Notes: generated by a model not told the origin, from the letters alone. Counted from the stretch's first letter, positions 1-9,893 are shown. The stretch: DNA of 64,000 nucleotides from an uncultured Gemmatimonadota bacterium (GCA_964654825.1 CAZZKG010000008.1:2567-66566); one strand, 5' to 3'. Made by a program: numbers and translations.

Positions 1-1
1 G

Positions 2-1903
2 ACGATAGACATCGCTGTTATTGCTCTCCCGCGAAAAGTCGTCATCGAATCCATCCATCAGTGCGGCAGAGCGGGTGTTCAGTTCCTCGTTGTCATCACC
101 GCGGGTTTCAGTGAAGTCGGGAATCTAGTCGAGGAGAGGGAACTCGTCGCGACCGCCTCCTCCTACGGGATGAGAATTCTGGGGCCGAACATATTCGGCC
201 TGTACTCCTCGGCTTCGAGGCTCAACGCCACCTTCGGACCCCCTGAGATCAGGGCCGGGGCGATCACCATGATCACGCAATCGGGCGCTCTCGGGGTCGC
301 ACTCATGGGGAAAACCGTGGTCGAAAAACTCGGCCTCTCAGGCGTCGTTGGCATCGGGAACAAAGCGGACATCTCCGAAGTCGATCTCCTCGAATACATG
401 TCCACCGACAGCCTCACGAGGGCGGTACTCGTCTATCTCGAAGGCACCAGGGAGGGAAAGGAACTCCTCCGGATTCTCAATTCCCTCGTACCACGCAAAC
501 CCGTCGTCATGATCAAGGCGGGGAGATCAGCCAAAGGAGCCCGGGCAGCCGCCTCCCACACCGGTTCGCTTGCGGGATCAGACCTGGTCTTCGACTCCGC
601 CATGCGACAGAGCGGGGTGTTGCGGGCACAGGACGTGAACGAAGCCTTCGATTGGCTGAGGGCACTGTCGACCCAACCAGCCCCCGGGGGTGAAGAAGTG
701 GTCATCCTGACCAACGGCGGGGGTGTCGGCGTGATGGCCACCGACGCCGCCGAACGATGCGAGCTGAATCTCCTGGATGATCTGGCATACCTGGATAAAA
801 CATTCGGCCCTCATGTCCCTGCCTTCGGAAGTACGAAAAATCCGATCGACATCACCGGGCAGGGACGAGAGGACGACAATATCAGGATACTCGAAAAAGC
901 ACTCACCGAAGATCGAATCTACGGAATTGTCGCTCTGTTCTGTGAGATGGCGATCACGAATCCCGACACCCTCTCGAGCAGGATCATCGAAATGATGAAG
1001 AAACACACGCACAAGCCGGTGTCGTTTGCACTCATCGGCGGAGAGAAGATGGAGCTCGTGATGCAGCGTCTCAACGATGCGGGGATCCCGGCATACGGTT
1101 ATCCCGAAGCGGCGGTCTCCGCCCTGTCCGCAATTTACCGATGGTGGCGATACAATTCTGAAGACAAGGGAAAGATCGCTCCGCTCAACGTGGACTTCAC
1201 TGCCATCAGGGGAGTCATAGAGCATGTACGGAGAATGAACCGACGGCAGCTACTCGAGGTGGAGGCCAAAAAGGTTTTCGAAATCCTCGGTATACGCTCA
1301 CCTCAGGCACGTGCTGTCCACAGGCTCGATGAATGTATTCAGGCCGCGGAGGAAATCGGATACCCGGTTGTCCTCAAGATCATCTCGCCGGATATCGTCC
1401 ACAAAACGGAAGCGGGTGGAGTGAAGATCGGGATCGAAAATTCCGATGAAGTTGCGTATGCATACAAATCGATCATGGCAAACTGCAGGAGAGAATTCCC
1501 GAGAGCACTCATAAGAGGTGTGACGGTAAATCAGATGATCACGGGTGGGATCGAAACCATTGTGGGTGCCAGTACCGACCCATCTTTCGGTCCGGTGGTG
1601 ATGTTCGGCCTTGGAGGTATATACGTCGAGGTGTTGAAGGATGTGGTGTTTAGAGTTTCCCCGGTTACCAGAAAAGAAGCCCGGAAGATGGTGGAGGAAA
1701 TCGAATCATTTCCCCTCCTCCTCGGCGCCCGGGGGGAGAAGGTCAAAGATATCAGATCGATAACGGACGTGTTATACAGAATCGGTGTCCTCGTCGATGT
1801 CATTCGAGATATCGCCGAACTCGATATTAACCCTCTTATGGTCATGGACCGGGGAAAGGGGAGCTGGGCGCTGGATGCCAGGATAAGACTTCATGCACAG
1901 TAA
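2..1903 (+). CDS. Acetate/acyl-CoA ligase (ADP-forming), fused alpha/beta, 5'-partial
   Basis: Frame is open from base 2 (TIDIAVIALPRK...), upstream of the track's ATG at 170. Motifs: ITQSGALG, GNKADI, ASHTGSLAG (phospho-His), TNGGGVGV, and a C-terminal ATP-grasp (VVLKIISPDIVHKTEAGGV, ELDINPL). Confidence 0.9.
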   Translation, partial: TIDIAVIALPRKVVIESIHQCGRAGVQFLVVITAGFSEVGNLVEERELVATASSYGMRILGPNIFGLYSSASRLNATFGPPEIRAGAITMITQSGALGVALMGKTVVEKLGLSGVVGIGNKADISEVDLLEYMSTDSLTRAVLVYLEGTREGKELLRILNSLVPRKPVVMIKAGRSAKGARAAASHTGSLAGSDLVFDSAMRQSGVLRAQDVNEAFDWLRALSTQPAPGGEEVVILTNGGGVGVMATDAAERCELNLLDDLAYLDKTFGPHVPAFGSTKNPIDITGQGREDDNIRILEKALTEDRIYGIVALFCEMAITNPDTLSSRIIEMMKKHTHKPVSFALIGGEKMELVMQRLNDAGIPAYGYPEAAVSALSAIYRWWRYNSEDKGKIAPLNVDFTAIRGVIEHVRRMNRRQLLEVEAKKVFEILGIRSPQARAVHRLDECIQAAEEIGYPVVLKIISPDIVHKTEAGGVKIGIENSDEVAYAYKSIMANCRREFPRALIRGVTVNQMITGGIETIVGASTDPSFGPVVMFGLGGIYVEVLKDVVFRVSPVTRKEARKMVEEIESFPLLLGARGEKVKDIRSITDVLYRIGVLVDVIRDIAELDINPLMVMDRGKGSWALDARIRLHAQ

Positions 1904-1961
1904 CCGGTGACAAACATACTACTCAACATGTAAAATCGATATATCGAAAGGAGCGAGGGTT

Positions 1962-3011
1962 ATGAAAAAATTTCTGATCACATCGACCAGAACAGGGGCC
2001 GGGAAAACGACGATCGCCCTCGGAATTCTGTTGAACCAGAAAGAACAGCTTAAGATATCCTACTTCAAACCATTCGGCGATCACATGGTGACGCGGGAAA
2101 AGAAACTCTGTGACAGGGATGCGGAATTGATAGTGGATGTCCTCCGGCTCGGGGTCAATCCATGTGAACTCTCGGTTGCCTTCGACTATGAGACACTGAT
2201 CGAAGACATGAGTACGGCACAGCTGATCTCCTCGATCACCAGGAAGGGAGAGAAGGTCTTCTTTGGGTACGATCTGGCTCTAATCGAAAGCGCCCGTAAC
2301 TTTTCATACGGCGGATTCATGGGATTCGATGCAATATCGCTCTCTGAGCTTTTCGAATCTGAAATACTGCTGGTTGCGGATGGTGACGCCGGTTTGATCG
2401 TAGACAAGTGTATCATAGTCGAGCAGGTCATAAAAAACAAAAATGTCACCCTCGCCGGGGTTATCATCAACAATGTGCGCGAGGCCGATTTTGATCACGT
2501 GAGAAGTATCGCAGTGCCGGCTCTCGAAAAGAGCGGTGTTAAAGTTCTCGGGATCGTTCCTCACTCCCCTACGCTCTTCCAGGCCACCGCGGAGCTCGTG
2601 GCGGAGAGACTTGGGGCCAAGGTACTCTCCGGTGAAAAGGGGATCGACAAGCCTATCGGAAAGATCCTCGTCGGAGCGATGCGGGCCGACACGGCACTGC
2701 AGATGAGAAGTCTGTACGAACCGAACAAGCTCATCATCACCGGCGGCGATCGAGTCGACATGATTATGACGGCTTTTGATACCAGCACCTCCTGTATCGT
2801 CCTCACGGGAAATCTCGTCCCCCATCCCCGAATTCTGGCAAGGGCGGACGAGCTCGAGATTCCCATGATTTCGGTCCCGCTGGACACCTACACGACAGCC
2901 CAGGTAATCGAACGCATCAAAGCCGAGACAAGGGCCGAGGACACCAAGAAACTGGAGATCATCAGGGGGCTCGTGAGGGACGAAATCGATCTTGAACAGC
3001 TGCTGCAGTAA
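1962..3011 (+). CDS. Phosphotransacetylase N-terminal-like protein (BioD-like P-loop + DRTGG domain), no Pta catalytic domain
   Basis: N-terminal TSTRTGAGKT P-loop, YFKP, and IITGGDRVD DRTGG motif. RBS AAGGAG upstream. Confidence 0.85.
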   Translation: MKKFLITSTRTGAGKTTIALGILLNQKEQLKISYFKPFGDHMVTREKKLCDRDAELIVDVLRLGVNPCELSVAFDYETLIEDMSTAQLISSITRKGEKVFFGYDLALIESARNFSYGGFMGFDAISLSELFESEILLVADGDAGLIVDKCIIVEQVIKNKNVTLAGVIINNVREADFDHVRSIAVPALEKSGVKVLGIVPHSPTLFQATAELVAERLGAKVLSGEKGIDKPIGKILVGAMRADTALQMRSLYEPNKLIITGGDRVDMIMTAFDTSTSCIVLTGNLVPHPRILARADELEIPMISVPLDTYTTAQVIERIKAETRAEDTKKLEIIRGLVRDEIDLEQLLQ

Positions 3012-3013
3012 TC

Positions 3014-3039
3014 TTGCCGGAGGATTTTTCCACCGGCAA
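3014..3039. terminator. GC-rich hairpin after DRTGG gene stop (possible terminator)
   Basis: TTGCCGG(A)GGA-TTTT-TCC(A)CCGGCAA. The U-tract is weak. Confidence 0.4.
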
Positions 3040-3081
3040 CTTCGCTCTGCTTATTCATATTAAAGCTGTTTACACCCAACG

Positions 3082-3160
3082 ATAAATAGGGACAGTTACC
3101 ATTTATTGAAAAATAACATAATGGTGACAAAAAAAATAAATGGTGACTGTCCCTATTTAT
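3082..3160. repeat. 26-bp inverted repeat with 27-nt loop between convergent genes
   Basis: ATAAATAGGGACAGTTACCATTTATT (3082-3107) pairs with AATAAATGGTGACTGTCCCTATTTAT (3135-3160), with one T/C difference (G-U compatible). Confidence 0.85.
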
Positions 3161-4722
3161 TTGACATCCACTTCAATTCTCGGAAAGAGAGCCGGGCCTT
3201 TCCGTACTATTGTTCCATCCTCCATTCCGTGCCAGATCTCGAGATCCTCGAGAGTTACCATACTGTAACCGCCTTCGAGCCCTATCTGAGTCCACAACTC
3301 GAATGCTTTGGAAGGGATCAGCGGTTTTGCAAGAATGGAGATGTGTCTCAGTGATTCGACAAGGTTGTAGAGAACATTGCGAAGCCTTTTTTCATTCGAT
3401 GAATCTTTGGCAAGCTCCCAGGGAGCGTTATCCTCGATGTACGCGTCAGCTCTCTTGATGAGTTTCCAGACCTCTGCGCAGGCCATGTGGAGTTCGTAGG
3501 ATTCCATGTATTTCATGTAATTCGACCTGACTGATTCGGCGGCAAGCTTGAGAGGGTCATTGTCCTGGGCCTCGGTCGCTTTCATGATGGTACTGTCCTG
3601 GTATTTCTCCAGCATACTGAGGACCCGCGAGAGAAGATTACCGAGCCCGTTGGCGAGGTCGGCATTGTATCGCTCGATAAACCGGGCCCAGGAAAAATCA
3701 CCATCCTTCCCACACGGAATCTCCCTTATCAAAAAATACCTGACTGCCGCAGCCCCGTAATCTCTGATGATTTCATTCGGATCGATCTCGGCCCCGCTCG
3801 TCTTGCTTACCTTCTCCCCCTCGATACTGATAAATCCATGGCCGAATATAGTCCCGGGGAGTTCGATCCGGGCCGACATCAGCATGGCAGGCCAGATGAT
3901 GCCGTGAAACCTGGTAATGTCCTTGCCGACGAGATGGAAATCGGCCGGCCAGTACCTTCTGAACTTCTTCTCATTGTGGGAGAAACCTATACCCGAAAGA
4001 TAGTTGATGAGCGCATCGAACCACACGTAGACAACACACTTCTCATCAAACGGGAGAGGGATACCCCAACGGGTACTCGATCGAGAGATGCTGATATCCT
4101 TGAGACCGTCCTTGAGAAGATTGATGATCTCGTTTTTTCTCGACTCGGGAAGGATAAAATCCGGGTTCTTCTCGATGTGATCGAGCAGGGGTTTACGATA
4201 CTTCGTAAGGCGAAAGAAGTAGTTCTCCTCCTCGATCCACTCAGCTTTGATCCCGTGATTGGGACAGAGCCCATCTTCGAGACCCTCCTCATCGTAAAAT
4301 GTCTCACACGAAACACAATACCACCCCTCATAGGTACCCTTGAAGATGTCGCCCGCATCATAGATTCTTCCAAGCACTTCCTGTACTGAAGCAATATGCC
4401 GGGCCTCTGTAGTCCGAATAAAATCATCATACGAGACGTTGAGCATCTGCCATGTGCTTTCGAAGTCTATCGCCATCTTGTCGCAGTAATCCAGAGGATT
4501 CATCCCGAGTTCCCGGGCCCTCCTCTCGACATTCAGGCTGTGCTCGTCGTTTCCCATTAAAAAACGAACATCGTAGCCGGCGAGTTTTTTATAACGGGCG
4601 ATCACATCACCGATGATCTTTTCATATGCGGTGCCCAAATGAGGTGGGCTGTTTACGTAGTCTATCGCGGTAGTGATGAAAAACTTCGGCTGAGTATTGT
4701 CATCGTCTCCACTAACCGACAT
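3157..4722 (-). CDS. metG: Methionine--tRNA ligase (short form, no C-terminal tRNA-binding domain)
   Basis: TTAIDYVNSPPHLG (HIGH), Zn knuckle CVSCE...CPNH, YVWFDAL, GKDI, KVSKT (KMSKS-like), DLANGLGNL. The ATG at 4722 overlaps the upstream TGA (TGATG); the track's 4725 is TTG. Confidence 0.96.
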   Translation of the reverse strand: MSVSGDDDNTQPKFFITTAIDYVNSPPHLGTAYEKIIGDVIARYKKLAGYDVRFLMGNDEHSLNVERRARELGMNPLDYCDKMAIDFESTWQMLNVSYDDFIRTTEARHIASVQEVLGRIYDAGDIFKGTYEGWYCVSCETFYDEEGLEDGLCPNHGIKAEWIEEENYFFRLTKYRKPLLDHIEKNPDFILPESRKNEIINLLKDGLKDISISRSSTRWGIPLPFDEKCVVYVWFDALINYLSGIGFSHNEKKFRRYWPADFHLVGKDITRFHGIIWPAMLMSARIELPGTIFGHGFISIEGEKVSKTSGAEIDPNEIIRDYGAAAVRYFLIREIPCGKDGDFSWARFIERYNADLANGLGNLLSRVLSMLEKYQDSTIMKATEAQDNDPLKLAAESVRSNYMKYMESYELHMACAEVWKLIKRADAYIEDNAPWELAKDSSNEKRLRNVLYNLVESLRHISILAKPLIPSKAFELWTQIGLEGGYSMVTLEDLEIWHGMEDGTIVRKGPALFPRIEVDVK

Positions 4723-4865
4723 CAAAATTCTTCCTCGTCCTCGTCAAAAAGATCTTCTTCTTCCTCTAAATCATCCAACTCATCGAGGTCTTCCTCGTCG
4801 ATATCGAGATCCTCATCATCGATATCGTAATCGGAAGGATTTGATTCACTGATTAGCCTGAGCAT
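4722..4865 (-). CDS. 47-aa hyper-acidic small protein (not in ORF track)
   Basis: MLRLISESNPSDYDIDDEDLDIDEEDLDELDDLEEEEDLFDEDEEEF*. RBS GGAGGAGG just upstream; stop overlaps the metG start. Confidence 0.75.
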   Translation of the reverse strand: MLRLISESNPSDYDIDDEDLDIDEEDLDELDDLEEEEDLFDEDEEEF

Positions 4866-4958
4866 GGTCCCTCCTCCATTTTCAGACAGTTACCACGTGC
4901 GGATTATGCTATCGCTTTGCTCGATAGCATTGCAAGGTCTTCAATACTACGTCGCACA

Positions 4959-5777
4959 CTACAACGACTCATCCATCTCCCGCCTCAGGTCATTAAGAAA
5001 AACCTCACGGGTGTTTCCATTACCCTTAACAAGTTCAATTTTACCACTGAAAAAATCAACGCTTTTTACTCTCTCTTTTCCCCTCTTCGTTTTCACCTCC
5101 TTTCCAACACCTGGAAATGTATTTTTACACTCGAGGTAGAAGTCTCGTTCATAAATGAGACAGCACATGAGCCGCCCGCAGCAGCCGGAAATGTTGGCGG
5201 GATTAAGAGAAAGATCCTGATCCTTCGCAGCTCTCAGTGTGACAGGCTCGAACTCCGTAAGAAACGTACTGCAGCACATCCTTCGGCCGCATCTGCCGAA
5301 GCCACCGTGGAGCTTCGCTTTATCTCTGACCCCTATCTGTTTGAGCTCGATTCGCATTTTGAATATCGCGGCGAGATCTCTCACCAGCTGTCGGAAATCA
5401 ACTCGTTCATTGGCGGAAAAATAGAAGCATACTTTGTTGTCTCCATCAAAATATTCGACTTCGATGAGATCCATCTCGAGACCGTGAGCGTTGATCTTCT
5501 CCTGACAGATGCTCATGGCCTCTTCTTCCCGCGCGGTCCTTGCCTTGAATTTGTTCAAATCATCCTGATTGGCAATCCGGAGGACTTTCCCGACGGGCAG
5601 TTTCCATTTCTCCTGCCTAATCTGGGCGATACGGCCCTTGGCATGGATCTTCCCTACCTCGACACCCCGCTGATCCTCGACAACAATACAATCACCCAGC
5701 TTCAGCGGCAGAGAGAGGTAGTTGATGTAATACCCCCGCCTGTTGGCTCTGTACAGGACCTCCACCATATCAGACAT
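4959..5777 (-). CDS. PSP1/RicT (YaaT)-family protein
   Basis: RVDFRQLVRDLA, RIELKQIGVRD, CGRRMCC, ISGCCGRLMCCLIYE. Confidence 0.93.
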   Translation of the reverse strand: MSDMVEVLYRANRRGYYINYLSLPLKLGDCIVVEDQRGVEVGKIHAKGRIAQIRQEKWKLPVGKVLRIANQDDLNKFKARTAREEEAMSICQEKINAHGLEMDLIEVEYFDGDNKVCFYFSANERVDFRQLVRDLAAIFKMRIELKQIGVRDKAKLHGGFGRCGRRMCCSTFLTEFEPVTLRAAKDQDLSLNPANISGCCGRLMCCLIYERDFYLECKNTFPGVGKEVKTKRGKERVKSVDFFSGKIELVKGNGNTREVFLNDLRREMDESL

Positions 5778-5903
5778 GATCTCTTATCCTGGCACCTTCC
5801 TGTCCCGAAATGGGACATTAATCAATAATAATAAACCCGACCGCGATATCAATGCTTCGGTGCCCCTGCCGGCCGCATTGGTTCCCCGATGATGTCATTC
5901 CGC

Positions 5904-6959
5904 TCACTGACCGACATATCTCGCATAAAAACTCAAAGCTTCCTTCTCGGTATCAACACCCTTTATCCGGGCCCCCCCGTTACTGAAAATAATCATCTGA
6001 ACCCGACCGTCAGAGAATCGGAGATAGAAAGGTGTGAGTTCGACATCACCAAGCCCCTCGAGACGTTCCGAAAGCGCTTCGATCTGCAGCGTCCTTTTTA
6101 TGTGTGGAGTGACCTGAAAAGCTCCACTCCCACACAGCATCACAACGGCTGTCCTTTTCCTGAACTCGAGGAAGGGGAACTCCCGGTTCACACAGGCAGG
6201 GCAATCCTTCTTTCGCCCGACCGCGGGTTCCAGAAACCCGTGTTCCCACAGATCCATCATGAGCATTTTATTCTCTATCCCTTCAGCACCGGCAACGATG
6301 AATCGCATCGCCATGCTTGCCTGCCACGCCCCTATGATTACAGGTACGGTCCCGAGGACCCCCATGGTATCACAGGTTCCCAGTTTTTGAGCATCGGGGG
6401 GATCGGTGAAAACGCACCTGAAGCAGGGTCCCCGTTCAGGGAGGATGAGCAGACCGGTGCCGCTGGTCCCTATTGCGCCGCCGTAGATCCAGGGAACACC
6501 CCCGCTCACGGAATAATCATTGACAAGGTAGCGGGTCTCGACGTTGTCGGTACCGTCGATGATGATCTGCACCCCATCGAGAAGACTTTCGATGTTTCCG
6601 GAGTGCAGGTTCTCCATGCGCGTTTCCAGGCTCACCGATGAATTTATCTGAGAAAGCCTCTGTCTCGCAGCGACCGCTTTCGGCAGCCTTTTTTCAACGT
6701 CATTCTCGTCGTAGAGGAACTGCCGCTGCAGATTTGAAAGTTCGAGCACGTCTCTGTCGATGAGGATCAGCTCTCCCACACCGGCACGAGCGAGACATTC
6801 CGCAGCGGAGGAGCCGAGCGCGCCAAGTCCTACTACTGCCACCCTTGCCTTCTCGAGTTTGCCCTGACCGTCTTCCCCGATGACACGGAGACGTCTCTGC
6901 CTCGAATATCTATCCACGGACAACAGAACCTCATTTGTTAATCGCTCAGTGTCTCTCAA
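5904..6959 (-). CDS. ThiF/MoeB-family adenylyltransferase with C-terminal extension
   Basis: RYSRQ, GLGALGS, DRDVLELSNLQRQ, DGTDN, CFRC and CPAC Zn motifs. Start uncertain (TTG). Confidence 0.92.
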   Translation of the reverse strand: MRDTERLTNEVLLSVDRYSRQRRLRVIGEDGQGKLEKARVAVVGLGALGSSAAECLARAGVGELILIDRDVLELSNLQRQFLYDENDVEKRLPKAVAARQRLSQINSSVSLETRMENLHSGNIESLLDGVQIIIDGTDNVETRYLVNDYSVSGGVPWIYGGAIGTSGTGLLILPERGPCFRCVFTDPPDAQKLGTCDTMGVLGTVPVIIGAWQASMAMRFIVAGAEGIENKMLMMDLWEHGFLEPAVGRKKDCPACVNREFPFLEFRKRTAVVMLCGSGAFQVTPHIKRTLQIEALSERLEGLGDVELTPFYLRFSDGRVQMIIFSNGGARIKGVDTEKEALSFYARYVGQ

Positions 6960-7035
6960 ACCTCCATTTTAAAATAATAACAGCTTATTTTTTCCTGTAA
7001 AGGAGGAGGAACACTGAGGGAAACGGTCCCCGTCG

Positions 7036-8961
7036 TTACTTCAGGCTATTTTTTGCCTCGGTTGCCCAGGCATCACCGGGATTCAGCTCGAGCACCTTCT
7101 CGATTACTCCTTCGGCCTCCCGATATTTCCCGAGGGAGATAAAACAGAAACCGAGGCCTCTGAGAGCTGTAATGTTGTGAGGCGCGAGGCGCAGGGCGAA
7201 TTCGAACGAGTCTACGGCATCCTGGTACCGGCTCTGCCCGGCGAGAAACACGCCTCGATTCACCGCGACGATCCAGTACCTATCTAGCAGAGAAGTGGCG
7301 CGTTCATCTTTGGGGACCGCCGTGTCGATCACTCCCTCGAGTATGAGCGTTTCGTATCCGGGCATATCGATTTCGGCCGCTCGGGAGAGTCGGTACGTCA
7401 TGAGATGTGGTATTCTCAAATACTCAGGCATGAGGTGCTCTTCATCGAGGAAATCTAGATACACCTCGCCCCTCTCGAGTCCATCTTCGAGTATAGCGTT
7501 CCACATCCTTCTGAAGAGTTTCTCGAGATGCGCGGCATCGAACGACTCTCCTCTCTCGAAAGGTCGCACTCCGCGGGAAAATTCACGAAGCGCTTTCCGT
7601 GTTTTTTCGGAGTGCCGCACCGGCCGCTCGAGCAGGCCGTTGACATACCAGGATCTTCTCATGAGCTCATAGTCTATCAAAACGACATCAGGTCTGATAC
7701 CTTCGATGAGTTGCAGATAGATAATTGGCGAGTAAATGTCCCAGCTCTTGGTGACGGCGAGTGCGCTCCCCTCGAGACTGTTGAGGAAATTGAACCCATA
7801 GTAGTACGCCAGATGGTTCCGGCTTTTGTCGACCAGGCGGTAATTTCCTGCCATGCTCCCGGCAGCAGCCAAAAGCAACAGGACGATTATATATTTCCTC
7901 GCCCTCGCCCTCCCGGCTGTTAACAGGGTGTCGAGGAGAATCGGTACTCCGATGCCGGCCATGAGAGAAAGGCTTGCGTAGGTTGGAAGAAAATAGGGCT
8001 CGATGTCAGGAATGTCGTAGTTGAGTGCGTAGAAGAGACCGGCTGCCGTGAGGAGGACAAGAAAGAAAAACGCCTCCGTGCGCCTGGTGAGCATCCCGAT
8101 GAGCCCGAGTGCCGCAACAACAACTCCCGCAGGGGTGAACTCGGAGATGAGTCTGGGAAAGTACGCCCGTAGGTTCACAAGAAACGCTCCGGTGCCCTCG
8201 GTAAACATCCAGACGCGGTACTGCCATCCGGAAACATGAGCGATAAACCTATCGAGTGTCGTGGGATTCCCCCAGTCGAGAACAGGCTTAAGGGCTGACC
8301 GTACGGGGAGATACAGATACACACTCAGGCCTAGTGCAAAAAAGAGGAGAGCACAGGCGACACACTCCGGCCGCTTCCAGAAAGAGCGGCTTCTCGTCAT
8401 AACAGCCGCGAAGAGAACTGAAGGCAAGAGGAGTACGATCATCATGTGGTTTCCGAACGAAAGTCCAAAGAGGAAAGCGAAAAGAAGGAGTCGTCTGCCC
8501 TCCCGCTGCTTCCACTCAACAAGCAGAAGATAGATCAGGAGTGAGTACAGGAAGATGGTAAGTGAATACACTTCGGCCTGAGTACTCACGTCCCAGAAGG
8601 TCTTCGACAGGGAGAGAAAAGAGGCGGTGAGAAAGGCAGCGACACAGTCACCGGAACCGGATCTGTCCCGGGATAATTTCATCGCTGTCAGGGACAGGAA
8701 AAAAACGGCAGCGGCCCCGAACACCGCCGATAGAAGGTTGACCCGGCATGCGGGGGTCTGCATCGGGATGAGGCTGAAGAGCCTGCCGAGCAGAGTGTAG
8801 AGAGGATACCCGGTAGGGTGTGCGATCCCGAGTGTGCAGCTGACGGTGATGAGCTCTCCCGAGTCGATGAAATTCACTGTCGGGGATATCGTCGTGAGAT
8901 AGACCAGAAACGAACAGGAAGCGAGAATTATGGGGAAATTGGGGGAATTGAGTACTCTCAT
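7036..8961 (-). CDS. DUF2723/TMEM260-like GT-C membrane glycosyltransferase with C-terminal TPR
   Basis: DSGEL...LGIAHPTGYPLY, AEVY, NH motif, DWGNP, many TM helices, terminal TPR (ALRLAPHN, VLELNPGD). Confidence 0.85.
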   Translation of the reverse strand: MRVLNSPNFPIILASCSFLVYLTTISPTVNFIDSGELITVSCTLGIAHPTGYPLYTLLGRLFSLIPMQTPACRVNLLSAVFGAAAVFFLSLTAMKLSRDRSGSGDCVAAFLTASFLSLSKTFWDVSTQAEVYSLTIFLYSLLIYLLLVEWKQREGRRLLLFAFLFGLSFGNHMMIVLLLPSVLFAAVMTRSRSFWKRPECVACALLFFALGLSVYLYLPVRSALKPVLDWGNPTTLDRFIAHVSGWQYRVWMFTEGTGAFLVNLRAYFPRLISEFTPAGVVVAALGLIGMLTRRTEAFFFLVLLTAAGLFYALNYDIPDIEPYFLPTYASLSLMAGIGVPILLDTLLTAGRARARKYIIVLLLLAAAGSMAGNYRLVDKSRNHLAYYYGFNFLNSLEGSALAVTKSWDIYSPIIYLQLIEGIRPDVVLIDYELMRRSWYVNGLLERPVRHSEKTRKALREFSRGVRPFERGESFDAAHLEKLFRRMWNAILEDGLERGEVYLDFLDEEHLMPEYLRIPHLMTYRLSRAAEIDMPGYETLILEGVIDTAVPKDERATSLLDRYWIVAVNRGVFLAGQSRYQDAVDSFEFALRLAPHNITALRGLGFCFISLGKYREAEGVIEKVLELNPGDAWATEAKNSLK

Positions 8962-9893
8962 TCGAACCTGGTCCCCAGTTCGATCCTGTTCCCTCTGAGG
9001 AAGGAGGCAGCATCCATCCGTTTTCTGCCCTGGACCTGAAGCTCTTCGATGGCAAGCAAACTACTCCCTGTTGCAATCACGATGGCATCAGGAAGAATCT
9101 CGACGACCGTCCCCGGCAAAGCGGAATACTCACCCGACATGAGGCGGGCCCTGTAGATTTTGAGCATCCGTCCCCCAAGTGAAGTATATGCGCCGGGTTT
9201 TGAATCCAGGGCCCGGGTCAACCGCTCAATGGACTGTGCATCAGCGTCCCAGTCGATCCGAGCATCTTCCTGGCTCACCTTCCGTGCGATGGTGGCACTA
9301 CCCACCTGTGCCTGAAACTCGGCCTCACCACCGGCAACGAGCTCGAGTCCGTCCAGAAGGACGTCTGCGCATTCCAGTGAGAGTCTCGCTGAAAGGGTGT
9401 CCAGCGTGTCACTGCTGTCTACCGGTAATGTCCTCTCGAGAAGTACAGGGCCTGTATCCATACCCTCGTCCATCAGGAAGAGAGACACTCCCGTCTCCTT
9501 CACCCCGTCCATGAGTGCGCGCTGAATGGGCGCTGCACCCCGATAGAGCGGAAGAAGCGATGGGTGAAGGCAAAGTGAACCATGTTTCGGGATATCGAGA
9601 ATCTGCCTGTGGAGCAAGCGGCCGTAAGCGACTACGACACTGACATCCGGCTCGAGAGAATGTATCTGCTCGACGAATGATTCGTTTTTTGTCGAAACGG
9701 GTTGTAGCACGGGAAGAGAAAGATCGAGTGACCTCACCTTTACCGGCGAGGGGGATGTGTTACGTCCTCTTCCGCGTGGTTTGTCCGGCTGGGTGATCAC
9801 GGATATCACCAGGTGTTCGTCTGAGTTGTGAAGCCTGTCGAGAGATGGAATCGAGAAACGGGGGGTGCCCCAGAAAAGGACCCTCATGGTCAT
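8958..9893 (-). CDS. fmt: Methionyl-tRNA formyltransferase
   Basis: FWGTPRFS, TQPDKPRGRG, VVAYG, LHPSLLPLYRGAAPIQ, MDEGMDTGP. Confidence 0.97.
   Translation of the reverse strand: MTMRVLFWGTPRFSIPSLDRLHNSDEHLVISVITQPDKPRGRGRNTSPSPVKVRSLDLSLPVLQPVSTKNESFVEQIHSLEPDVSVVVAYGRLLHRQILDIPKHGSLCLHPSLLPLYRGAAPIQRALMDGVKETGVSLFLMDEGMDTGPVLLERTLPVDSSDTLDTLSARLSLECADVLLDGLELVAGGEAEFQAQVGSATIARKVSQEDARIDWDADAQSIERLTRALDSKPGAYTSLGGRMLKIYRARLMSGEYSALPGTVVEILPDAIVIATGSSLLAIEELQVQGRKRMDAASFLRGNRIELGTRFE

Noticed and set aside
4639-4830. Ser-rich + strand ORF
   Set aside because: It is the antisense shadow of the acidic ORF and metG start; the minus-strand reading has the RBS and the coupling.
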